Positions 47,898 through 56,296 of a DNA stretch of 64,000 nucleotides are shown here, piece after piece; the stretch's first letter is position 1, and each line of letters starts with the position of its first letter. Made by a program: the position numbers and the translations under genes. Origin of the DNA: Candidatus Caenarcanales bacterium (GTDB lineage Bacteria > Cyanobacteriota > Vampirovibrionia > Caenarcaniphilales > Caenarcanaceae); assembly GCA_041737745.1 (NCBI GenBank), contig JBGSRC010000007.1, positions 8,040 to 72,039 of the forward strand, written 5' to 3'. Below the pieces are notes generated by a model. The model was given only the letters and a program-made list of their open reading frames with translations. It was not told the DNA's origin and did no database searches.

Positions 47898-48632
47898 ATG
47901 AAAAAAGCAAGCTTACTTTCTATTCTCTTAGGTCTTCTTTTAGCTTTAGCCCCTTGCAGAGCAGAAACCCTGCAGCCCCCGACTATGTATGTGACAGGAC
48001 AAGCCAGCTTGTTTGAAGAGCCCGATTCCGCCAGCGCTACCATTGGTTTTGAGCAGTCCTCCCCAACAGCCGGCGCCGCCCAAAATGCCGTTAGCATCAA
48101 GCTGAATAGTTTCATCTCAGCCGCCAAAGCGCTAGGACTAAAAAGCGCCGAGATGCAAAGCAAACAGCTCTCACTCCAGCCAGTCTATGAAGAAAATGAC
48201 TACAATAGACGAAAAATAATCTCTTATTTAGCCGAGCAGAGACTAGAAGTGACCCTGAAAGGCGAAGAAAGATTGCTCCTTCTTCCCAAGCTGCTAGAGC
48301 TAGCGGCCAAACAACAGCTGAATAACATCGATGGGCTTTCTTTTTTCTTCTCGCCAGAGCTCAAAGCCACTCTGCAAGAGAAGGCAGTCCAAGAAGCAGC
48401 CAAAAATGCCCTAGAGACCGGTAAAGCAGTCTTGAAGAGCCTAAATTTGAATTTCAAGGGCATCAAATCAATTCGTCTGGCCGGTCAATACTCTAGTCCC
48501 AGACAATATCAAAGATCGATGATCGCCGACGCAGCCCCAATGGCGATGATGAGCAAGTCGGCGCCAGAACTGCAATCAGGCCAAGAAGAGTTGAGCGCTA
48601 GTGTGGATTTAGAGCTTCTTTTCGATAATTAG
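47898..48632 (+). CDS. SIMPL (DUF541) periplasmic protein
   Basis: Signal peptide; VTGQA..PD, LSLQPVY, SGQEELSASV. Confidence 0.85.
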   Translation: MKKASLLSILLGLLLALAPCRAETLQPPTMYVTGQASLFEEPDSASATIGFEQSSPTAGAAQNAVSIKLNSFISAAKALGLKSAEMQSKQLSLQPVYEENDYNRRKIISYLAEQRLEVTLKGEERLLLLPKLLELAAKQQLNNIDGLSFFFSPELKATLQEKAVQEAAKNALETGKAVLKSLNLNFKGIKSIRLAGQYSSPRQYQRSMIADAAPMAMMSKSAPELQSGQEELSASVDLELLFDN

Positions 48633-48655
48633 TGCTGTTTTGGTGAGTGTGTAAT

Positions 48656-48700
48656 TCGTGATAAGCTGCTTTCCAGTTGAGAGGAATTTTGCATGAGAGT
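48656..48700 (+). repeat. Duplicated promoter/start cassette, copy 1
   Basis: 43 of 45 nt identical to 49099-49143; contains TG-A-TAAGCT and the ATG. Confidence 0.9.
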
Positions 48701-49079
48701 TTTGCTAAATAGATTGTTCAATGTTCTCAGAATTCCCAAAGTGTCTAATAGACCCTCTGATCAAGAACTAAAGCCTGTCAATCTTGAGCGAGAAAATGGC
48801 AAGCAGCAGGAATTTAACTTTGAGCCGGATTTCAAATCATTGAAAAGCGCTTGTCGCCTAGATATCTTCAAAAATGGCACCACTTTCACTTTTCCAGAAT
48901 TTTTAAACCTGATCTCTCCTGCTGGTCAAAAATCAATCAAGCTTGAAGCAGGCCAAGAGAATGCTCTTTTCAGCTTCCTCAACAAAAAAGCAAGCAGCGA
49001 TTTGGGCTTGGCTTTTTCTTACAAACCAGGGACAGAGAGAATAAGAGTCTATCTAGGCATTCACGCGCAGCTTGAGTGA
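48693..49079 (+). CDS. Hypothetical protein, tandem paralog 1
   Basis: Shares the FEPD..LK.A.RLD..GTTFTFPE..GQKSI.LE.GQEN..FSY domain with the next gene. Confidence 0.8.
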   Translation: MRVLLNRLFNVLRIPKVSNRPSDQELKPVNLERENGKQQEFNFEPDFKSLKSACRLDIFKNGTTFTFPEFLNLISPAGQKSIKLEAGQENALFSFLNKKASSDLGLAFSYKPGTERIRVYLGIHAQLE

Positions 49080-49143
49080 ATTTCCCGCAAAGAGTCAGTC
49101 GTGATAAGCTACTTTCCAGTTGAGAGAAATTTTGCATGAGAGT
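49069..49143 (+). repeat. Duplicated promoter/start cassette, copy 2
   Basis: 5' part 40/43 identical to 49632-49674; 3' part 43/45 identical to 48656-48700; TTCCCG-N17-TAAGCT. Confidence 0.9.
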
Positions 49144-49627
49144 AGTTTTCTTTAGTTCCAGTCAACAAACTAACTCTGAATCAAGAAAGCCTCCGAGCCA
49201 GCTCTTGGCTTGGCAAAAAATGGCCTTAAACCCTCTAGATTTGTTGTCTGGAGGCTCAAAAGGTGTCAGTGACCGGCAAGAGCTGAGCGTATTCCGAAGC
49301 AAAAAGGTCATGTGGGGAGACATCGAACGCCACTGGGGTCCTTTGGACAGTTCAGGGGACAAGCAGCCGGCATTTGACTTTGAGCCGGATCTCAAAGCAT
49401 TAAAATACGCTCTTCGCCTAGATGTTTCCCGGAAGGGCACCACTTTCACCTTTCCTGAGCTTCTAAAGCTGCTCACTCCTGAGGGTCAAAAATCAATAGA
49501 ACTGGAACCAGGTCAAGAGAATGATTTTTTGAGTTTCCTACAAAATAAAGCTTTCAAAGATTTTTTCTTGTTTTTTTCTTATGAGGAAGGCGCGGAGTCT
49601 TTCAAAGTCTATAAAATAGAGAATTAG
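49136..49627 (+). CDS. Hypothetical protein, tandem paralog 2
   Basis: Same C-terminal domain as paralog 1, unrelated N-terminus. Confidence 0.8.
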   Translation: MRVVFFSSSQQTNSESRKPPSQLLAWQKMALNPLDLLSGGSKGVSDRQELSVFRSKKVMWGDIERHWGPLDSSGDKQPAFDFEPDLKALKYALRLDVSRKGTTFTFPELLKLLTPEGQKSIELEPGQENDFLSFLQNKAFKDFFLFFSYEEGAESFKVYKIEN

Positions 49628-49631
49628 AAGT

Positions 49632-49674
49632 AGCTTCAGTGAATTTCCCGCAAAGCGTCAGACGTGATAAGCTA
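49632..49674 (+). repeat. Duplicated promoter cassette, copy 3
   Basis: AGCTTCAGTGAATTTCCCGCAAAGCGTCAGACGTGATAAGCTA. Confidence 0.9.
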
Positions 49675-49700
49675 GTTGACAACTTTAGAGATTTTTGGGA

Positions 49701-51224
49701 ATGCAAATTTCAGTAGTCAGTTTATTTGGATCCAAGCGAGGCGATCGTCTTGAGAGAAAGCAAGATCAAAAACCTTGGGTTGGGGCTTATGAAAAGACGG
49801 AACAAGCTTATCAGCAGCTTTTAGAGGCAAATAATCTTTCTGAGCTAGTTCCTTTCAGCCGCATAAGAGCTATCGGAGACGATATAGTACACAGTCTTGT
49901 TAGAACCAGCAATGATCCTTTGCGAGCCATAGGGTCTTTGTTCGATCTGATCCATTTTGCTCTTTCCAATGAAAACTTAGAGATAAAGCAAAAGTGGACT
50001 GATGACGGTCGCTATGGTGTGGTTTTTGAGTCGCCCAAAAAGAAGCTAGCGAAGAGCATGAACGCGGCACTGCTTTCGATCGTAAAAAATAGCGAAAATC
50101 TCAGCAAAGGCCAAGGAGTAGGACTAGAATCGCAAAGAGTCTTTGGAAGCCAGCCAATCGCTCATTCGGAAACTGAAGAACCGGAAAGACTGGTTGCAAG
50201 AAATGAAAAGCCCTCAGCAACCCCAAATCCTCTAGTAGAGGCTCTTCAGGACCAGTGGCCAGAAGGAGAAAAGACTTTTACACTTCCATTTAAAGACTTT
50301 AGACAAATGGCTTCTGTCTTGATTGAGCAGAGGTCAAATGCGACAGAGGACCTAAGGCAACAACAACAGTTCATCAACAAACTCACATTCACTTATAAAG
50401 AGGATTTTGAGCCAGTCGGGATCAGTTTTAAATTCAAGAAATCAGAAAAAGATGGCAAGGGAGAAGTGACTATTACTTTTGACCCGCAGGCTGCCGAAAA
50501 CTACCAAGCAAAACCCATTCCAGCGCCAGTTGAGCTACCAAAGATCACTTTTGAGCCAAAATTCAATCGTTTATTAAGGGCTTTCCCCGAAGGAGCTAAC
50601 AGTCTGAACTTACCATTCGATCTGTTCTTGCTCTTGATCACACCCAACAGTGTAGAGCCACTGCAGCTAGAGGCAGGCCAACAGCTCGCTTTCTTGCAAG
50701 CATTGCGCAAACAAGAAGCTACTGCCCTTACTAGGATGGGCATGTCTTTTCTTTTCGATGCAAAATCCGAATACCTGACAGTCTATTTGGGCCTCGAGTC
50801 TTTGAACGATAAGCCGGTAGCTGTTCGTGAGCAGAAAAAAGCTCCCTTAAAAAAAGCTAGCGATGGCAGAACTCTCCCCCCTAATAAAGCCCATCCACTG
50901 AACATTTCGACTACTGTCTTGCGCAATGTTTTTCGCTTGGTAGAAGGAGACCAACCACTTGTGATCGAGGCCACAGAAACCATTAAGATCTTGAAAAAAT
51001 TGGCCTCAGCTGGAAAACATAACTTTGAAGAGTTTGACGCGGAAAATCTTCTCTCGGCCATAAAGAATAATGGCAAGCAATTCGGAATCAAAGTCTCGCT
51101 CAAAAAGATGAAGATTACCGTCAGCAACCCAGAGGCGGCCAAGGAAAGATACAAGGAAGAATATGGAGCTAGTGTAGAAGAGCATTACGAAAAATACGAC
51201 CAAGCTATCCTAGAATCGCCCTAA
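49701..51224 (+). CDS. Hypothetical multidomain protein, tandem paralog 3
   Basis: Contains ITFEPKF..LEAGQQ..FL..VYLG, a diverged copy of the shared domain, plus further similar units. Confidence 0.8.
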   Translation: MQISVVSLFGSKRGDRLERKQDQKPWVGAYEKTEQAYQQLLEANNLSELVPFSRIRAIGDDIVHSLVRTSNDPLRAIGSLFDLIHFALSNENLEIKQKWTDDGRYGVVFESPKKKLAKSMNAALLSIVKNSENLSKGQGVGLESQRVFGSQPIAHSETEEPERLVARNEKPSATPNPLVEALQDQWPEGEKTFTLPFKDFRQMASVLIEQRSNATEDLRQQQQFINKLTFTYKEDFEPVGISFKFKKSEKDGKGEVTITFDPQAAENYQAKPIPAPVELPKITFEPKFNRLLRAFPEGANSLNLPFDLFLLLITPNSVEPLQLEAGQQLAFLQALRKQEATALTRMGMSFLFDAKSEYLTVYLGLESLNDKPVAVREQKKAPLKKASDGRTLPPNKAHPLNISTTVLRNVFRLVEGDQPLVIEATETIKILKKLASAGKHNFEEFDAENLLSAIKNNGKQFGIKVSLKKMKITVSNPEAAKERYKEEYGASVEEHYEKYDQAILESP

Positions 51225-51250
51225 AGCTCTCAGGTTGTAGAATAATCATC

Positions 51251-52315
51251 ATGCAAAAAGAATTGCGCGTAGGTCTGTTGACCCTAGGTTTCATTTTGGT
51301 GATTGGGGGGCTATTAGTTTGGATCAAAGGCAATCCTTTTGAGCCATTCAAGATCCTACGTGTCCGCTTCGAAAACGTCCATGGCATCAACAAAGGCTCA
51401 AAAGTCGAGTACGCAGGACTACCTTGCGGCAAAGTAATAGACTTTGAGATCACCCCAAATGGCATTTTGGCCGTGCTCAAGATCTCTAAGCCTGATTTGA
51501 AGATTTATTTGAGCGACAAATTTATCATCGTACCGAGCTCCACAATCGCCTCCGAATACGAGATCTTCGTGATTCCCGGTAAACGTCCTTCGCCGGAGAT
51601 CCCCGAAAACGCCTCGATCATCGGCCAATCTACACCGGGCATCCAAGACTTTCTCTTTGCCGCCGAAGAAAGTTTGAAAAACATCCAGTCGATCATGTTT
51701 CAGATCCAAGGAATCTTGGGTAAGCTCGATAAATCGATGGACAATCTGACGCCATTGGTTGACAGAGTAGGCCTAGTGGCCAAAGACGGAACTTTAGATC
51801 GCATCTTGGATGACATAGAATCCACCTCCGGATCGATCAAGCAAGCCTCCGGTGAAATCAATTCTTTGGTGAGAACCAGCAAACCGCGCTTGCAAGGAGG
51901 GATCAATGCTTTCTCCAATGCTAGCCAGCGTATAGACCGTGAGTTGTCTGGCACCGCCGAAGGTGATATCTCGCGCTTTGTTCAAAACGCTTCGGCTACT
52001 TCCGAGAACTTCAAAAATATCACTGGAGCGATTGACCCGCAAACTATCAAGCGGCTTTCCACTCAAGCCAGCGAATTCATCGGCAAGCTGGAAGGCGATG
52101 GCACTGAGCCGGGCGCCCCCGAAATGCTCAAAAACACCCTCGGGCGCATAGACAGAATCTCCAATGGTCTAGAACGCAGTCTGCAACGCAAAACAGTCTT
52201 TGGCACTGTCTTTAGTCGCTTGCAGCTAGATCCTCCCTCAGTGCAAACGCCAGCCAAAAAAGAAGCTCCAACACAAATGAAAGAGGGGCTATGGCAGAGC
52301 GCACCGAAACCCTAG
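51251..52315 (+). CDS. MlaD/MCE family protein
   Basis: N-terminal TM; FENVHGI.KGS.V.YAG..CGKV; helical tail. Confidence 0.88.
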   Translation: MQKELRVGLLTLGFILVIGGLLVWIKGNPFEPFKILRVRFENVHGINKGSKVEYAGLPCGKVIDFEITPNGILAVLKISKPDLKIYLSDKFIIVPSSTIASEYEIFVIPGKRPSPEIPENASIIGQSTPGIQDFLFAAEESLKNIQSIMFQIQGILGKLDKSMDNLTPLVDRVGLVAKDGTLDRILDDIESTSGSIKQASGEINSLVRTSKPRLQGGINAFSNASQRIDRELSGTAEGDISRFVQNASATSENFKNITGAIDPQTIKRLSTQASEFIGKLEGDGTEPGAPEMLKNTLGRIDRISNGLERSLQRKTVFGTVFSRLQLDPPSVQTPAKKEAPTQMKEGLWQSAPKP

Positions 52316-53178
52316 TCTTAGACGGTAAGAAAGTGGCCGAAAGCTTTCTGGTCTGCCTAAAAAGCAAAATCAGTCAGCTCAAAGAGACTACTGGTCGCAG
52401 CCCCAAGCTGGTCGTTGTGCTTGTCGGAGAAGATCCAGCCAGTCAAGTCTATGTCCGCAATAAAACAAAAAAAGCCCAAGAACTAGGTCTAGATTCGGAG
52501 TTATTGGTTTTGCCCACCAAGACCAGTCAACTAGAGCTCATAAATAAAGTTCAAGCGCTTAGCGCTGACCAGAGCATCACGGGGATTCTCGTCCAGATGC
52601 CTCTACCAAAACATCTAGATCCCGATCCGGTCTTGCTGAGCATAGATCCGCTCAAAGACGTTGACGGCCTTCACCCCTTCAACCTTGGGATGATCCTCAC
52701 CGGCAAGCCTTGTCTAGTACCCTGTACGCCCTATGGCATCATGCAGCTGCTAAAAGCCTATCGGATCGATCCAGCTGGAAAAAGAGCTTTGGTGATCGGT
52801 CGATCTCGTCTGGTCGGCAAACCGATCGCTGAGCTGCTCTTAAACGCTGACGCAACAGTCACCATCGCCCATAGTAAAACGCAAAATCTTCAGGGTCTCT
52901 GCCGCGAAGCGGATATTTTAGTGGCTGCCGCTGGCCAGCCTGAGTTTATAAAAGCGGACTGGATCAAAGCTGGAGCCATTCTGATCGATGTCGGCATCAA
53001 TAGAAACCTTGAGGGCAAGCTAGTCGGTGATATAGACTTTGCTGGCTGTCTGGGCAAAGCTGCTGCGATCAGTCCTGTGCCAGGTGGCATTGGGCCGCTG
53101 ACAGTGGCGCACCTGATGATCAATACCGTAAAAGCTTTTGAACTACAATGCTTTGGCGAATCCTCTATAACGCTCTAG
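52291..53178 (+). CDS. folD: Methylenetetrahydrofolate dehydrogenase/cyclohydrolase
   Basis: LDGKK, DPASQVYV, KDVDG, PCTP, GRSRLVGKP, PVPGGIGP. Confidence 0.96.
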   Translation: MAERTETLVLDGKKVAESFLVCLKSKISQLKETTGRSPKLVVVLVGEDPASQVYVRNKTKKAQELGLDSELLVLPTKTSQLELINKVQALSADQSITGILVQMPLPKHLDPDPVLLSIDPLKDVDGLHPFNLGMILTGKPCLVPCTPYGIMQLLKAYRIDPAGKRALVIGRSRLVGKPIAELLLNADATVTIAHSKTQNLQGLCREADILVAAAGQPEFIKADWIKAGAILIDVGINRNLEGKLVGDIDFAGCLGKAAAISPVPGGIGPLTVAHLMINTVKAFELQCFGESSITL

Positions 53179-54386
53179 CTTGGACTATAGTCCTCCCGAT
53201 GCTCTGCGTGCCCCGTTGGCGCAGAGGGCTCGGTCAGCGCCTTGGTTTAGACTTGAGGAAACTCCCTAAGGCAAGCGAGCAGCCGACGATCTGGGTGCAT
53301 GCTGTCTCTTATGGTGAGGTGCAGACGGCTCGGCCGCTTTTGGTGGCGCTCAGTGAGGCTTTTGCTGGGCATCGGATTTGTCTGAGTGTCGGGACGGCTA
53401 CCGGTTACGATCTAGCTTGCAAGGTGCTCAGTGCCGCTCAGGTCTTTTATTTCCCCGTCGATTTTTATACTTGTGTGCAGGCTCACCTAGAAGTCGTAAA
53501 GCCTGATTTTGTCTGCATTATCGAGACTGAGCTTTGGCCTGAGTTTCTTTGGGCTTGTAGGGAGCAAGCTATTCCGGTCTTTCTCTTGAATGCGCGGGTT
53601 ACTGAACGATCAAGTAAGCTCTATGCTCTCTTTCGGCCTGTCTTTGCCGACTTGCTCTCTTCTTTTAGATTTATTTGCGCCCAGTCTCAAGCTGACGCTG
53701 AGCGCTATTTGGCTTTAGGCTGTCCAAGAGAAAAAATCCGCCAAACTGAAAACCTGAAACTCGATTCGCTCAAGAAAGCCTCTCCCCAAAATCAAGCTGC
53801 TTTGCAAAAATCGCTTGGTTTGGATCCTGACGATATAATCTTGCTCTTTGCCAGCACTCATCAGGGCGAAGAGGAGCTAGCTTTGGCTTTGTTTCGGTCT
53901 TTGAGTATTAAGCAGGAAGGCAAGCCCATCAAGCTAATCATCGCTCCACGTCATCCAGAGCGGGTAGAGAGCCTGCTCCCTCTGTTTGCTGGCCTGAAGC
54001 TGGCTAGACGCAGCGCAACAAGTGAAATCAATCCTCACTGGGAAGTACTGATCCTCGATACGCTCGGCGAATTGGGGCTCTTCTATAGTCTGGCTTCGAT
54101 CGCTTATCTGGGTGGCACTTGGGCTGCTGTCGGTGGACATAATCCCCTAGAAGCGACCGCTTACGGAATACCGCTCTTTGTCGGTTCTCAGACTTATAAG
54201 ATCGAAGAAATGCTCGCTTTGATCGCTCCAGCTGGTTTTCTTTTTCGGGCTGAGCACTTGGCCGATATGATTTTGCAGTCTCAGTCATTGATCGCCGAAA
54301 ACAAAACGGGCCAGCAATATAACCTAGCTCCTCAAGAGCCAGTAGCCGCTCAGCTCGTCAAGTATATTCAAGAGGCGATTTTATGA
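53148..54386 (+). CDS. waaA: Kdo transferase
   Basis: WVHAVSYGE, ETELWP, ASTHQGEE, APRHPER, GGHNPLE. Confidence 0.93.
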   Translation: MLWRILYNALAWTIVLPMLCVPRWRRGLGQRLGLDLRKLPKASEQPTIWVHAVSYGEVQTARPLLVALSEAFAGHRICLSVGTATGYDLACKVLSAAQVFYFPVDFYTCVQAHLEVVKPDFVCIIETELWPEFLWACREQAIPVFLLNARVTERSSKLYALFRPVFADLLSSFRFICAQSQADAERYLALGCPREKIRQTENLKLDSLKKASPQNQAALQKSLGLDPDDIILLFASTHQGEEELALALFRSLSIKQEGKPIKLIIAPRHPERVESLLPLFAGLKLARRSATSEINPHWEVLILDTLGELGLFYSLASIAYLGGTWAAVGGHNPLEATAYGIPLFVGSQTYKIEEMLALIAPAGFLFRAEHLADMILQSQSLIAENKTGQQYNLAPQEPVAAQLVKYIQEAIL

Positions 54387-55327
54387 AAGAAAGAGCGATC
54401 ATCAAGCTAATCGAAGCGAGTATCACACCGGCTGAGCGGGTTTTTCTGGGCGATGACGCGGCATATTTGTTCAAAGAAAATCTGCTGGTGAGCACAGACT
54501 CGCTAATCGAAGACGTGCATTTTCGGGCTAACCAAGACCCAAGGCAAATTGGGCATCTGGCGGCAGCCGTCAATCTGAGCGATCTAGCGGCGATGGGAGC
54601 CAGTAGCGCTTATCTCACGCTCGCAGTCAGTTTGCCCGTACAGTACGCCAGCGAGAACTGGGTAGGGGATTTTTTGGCTGGTTTTTTGGCTTGTCGGGAG
54701 CGCCATGGAGGCCAGCTGATCGGGGGAGATCTGACCGGTGGCTCGGTGATCGCGATAAACGTTTGTGTGATGGGCAAGCCTTTTTTCGCTGGCCGGATTG
54801 CTAAGAGAAGCTTTGCCAGGCCGGGTTACCGAATCTTTGTGAGCGGGTCACCTGGTGCTGCTGCGGCTGGTTTCTGGTCTCGGGAAGCCGGTCTTGGTGC
54901 GCTTTATCCGGCTTTGAGCGAGGCTTTTCTCTGGCCGCAGCCTCGTTTTGCTCTTGCTGAGAGCATTATGAGGGGGTCTGAGTTTGCGCCGGTTTGTTTG
55001 ATCGATTTGAGCGATAGTTTGCTAGTTAGTCTTCAGTGTATTTGCGCTCAGAGTGGGGTGGGAGTTTCTGTCGATCTAGCTAGACTGCCTCGAAGTGCTG
55101 AGTTTCTAGCTTGTGCTGTGCGGGCTCAGCTCGATCCCCTTCAGTGGCTTTTGGCTGGTGATGGTGATTATGAGCTTCTGCTCGCTCAAGCGCCTGAGTT
55201 GGAGGCTCCTGAGGGGATGACTGAGATCGGTTTAGTTTTGGATCGGGGTGAGGGGTTGAGTATCTGTGATGGCGCTAGAAGGCTAAATCCTAGCGATTAC
55301 GGTGGCTATGAGCATTTTGGGGGTTGA
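54383..55327 (+). CDS. thiL: Thiamine-monophosphate kinase
   Basis: GDDAA, VNLSDLAAMGA, GGDL, DLSD, DYELL. Confidence 0.93.
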   Translation: MKERAIIKLIEASITPAERVFLGDDAAYLFKENLLVSTDSLIEDVHFRANQDPRQIGHLAAAVNLSDLAAMGASSAYLTLAVSLPVQYASENWVGDFLAGFLACRERHGGQLIGGDLTGGSVIAINVCVMGKPFFAGRIAKRSFARPGYRIFVSGSPGAAAAGFWSREAGLGALYPALSEAFLWPQPRFALAESIMRGSEFAPVCLIDLSDSLLVSLQCICAQSGVGVSVDLARLPRSAEFLACAVRAQLDPLQWLLAGDGDYELLLAQAPELEAPEGMTEIGLVLDRGEGLSICDGARRLNPSDYGGYEHFGG

Positions 55328-55382
55328 TTTTTCTTTGCTTTTTTATTTCTCTGTTTTGTCAATATTTCAAGCAAAAAATAAT

Positions 55383-56294
55383 CTACAGTATAAACTGACT
55401 AGCTAGCTCATCTCCTGCCTCACAAAGCCCAGTAGGACTGGTGATATTTATCTCAGTTAGCTTCTCCCCGATCACATCAATCCCCACGAAATACAAGCCT
55501 AGCTGCTGTAAACGTGGCTTCAAGCGCCCACAAATTTCTTCCTCACGCTTGCTGAGACTGACCCGCTCATAACTCCCACCAGCAGCCAGATTAGCCCGAT
55601 GATCGCTAGCCTTGGGCTTGCGCAAAATAGCCCCCACCGGATCGCCTTGACGAAGCAAAATTCGCTTGTCACCTTCCCGGGCAGCAGGAAGATATTCTTG
55701 AAGAATAATCTTGCGACGCCCTCTTTCAGTAAGCAGCTCCAGCACTGAGTTCAGGTTCATGTCACTAGACTCCATCACCAAGATCCCTTCACCAGCTTTT
55801 CCGCCGATCGGTTTGATCACCAGTTTCTTTTCGCTCGCAAAAAGTTCTTTTAGCTCAGAGAGCTTTTGGCTGACCCATGTCCTAGGGATTAGATCGGGAT
55901 ACTCGAGCGCAAAGAGCTTCTCTTCACAATGCAATAGAGCATTGGGATTGTTGAGTACAGGCACGTGAGCGAGTGCTAAAAGCTGGCAAACACGCTGATA
56001 AGCTTCGTCTACTGGCGGATCTTTGCGCATCCAGACCACCAGATCTTGGACGCTTTCGTTTAGCCTGAGCTGCTCAGGATTGCCGCTAACAAGCTCCAGT
56101 TCAGCGCTCGAATCAAGCTGAAGAGTTGAGGCATGCGCAATCAGAGAGCCAGCCAAATAACTCAAGCCAGATAGCTCGCAACAGAAGACGCTGTGCCCAG
56201 CCAAAAGAGCAGCCTTCATCAAAGCCAAGCTCGAGTCATGCCCCCGCTCTAAGCTGGCAAAGGGGTCGATGATGAAAAGGTGGCTCTTACCCAT
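55383..56294 (-). CDS. gshB: Glutathione synthetase
   Basis: DSSLALM, MRKDPP, GDKRI, RANLAAGG, TEINITSPT. Confidence 0.93.
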   Translation of the reverse strand: MGKSHLFIIDPFASLERGHDSSLALMKAALLAGHSVFCCELSGLSYLAGSLIAHASTLQLDSSAELELVSGNPEQLRLNESVQDLVVWMRKDPPVDEAYQRVCQLLALAHVPVLNNPNALLHCEEKLFALEYPDLIPRTWVSQKLSELKELFASEKKLVIKPIGGKAGEGILVMESSDMNLNSVLELLTERGRRKIILQEYLPAAREGDKRILLRQGDPVGAILRKPKASDHRANLAAGGSYERVSLSKREEEICGRLKPRLQQLGLYFVGIDVIGEKLTEINITSPTGLCEAGDELASQFIL

Positions 56295-56296
56295 AG

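Noticed and set aside
48657-48664. Sigma-28 (FliA) promoter reading of CGTGATAA
   Set aside because: Spacing fits a sigma-70 extended -10 (TG-n-TAAGCT, 17-bp spacer) better; no correctly spaced TAAA -35.
48656-49674. Possible CRISPR array or integron attC sites in the repeated 45-bp blocks
   Set aside because: Units are 440-560 bp apart, contain a promoter and start codon, are not palindromic, and no cas or intI gene is present.
46105-51224. Integrative element or prophage at tRNA-Asp driven by the recombinase
   Set aside because: The recombinase lacks catalytic residues, lies on the 5' side of the tRNA, and no duplicated tRNA 3' end or phage/conjugation genes were seen.
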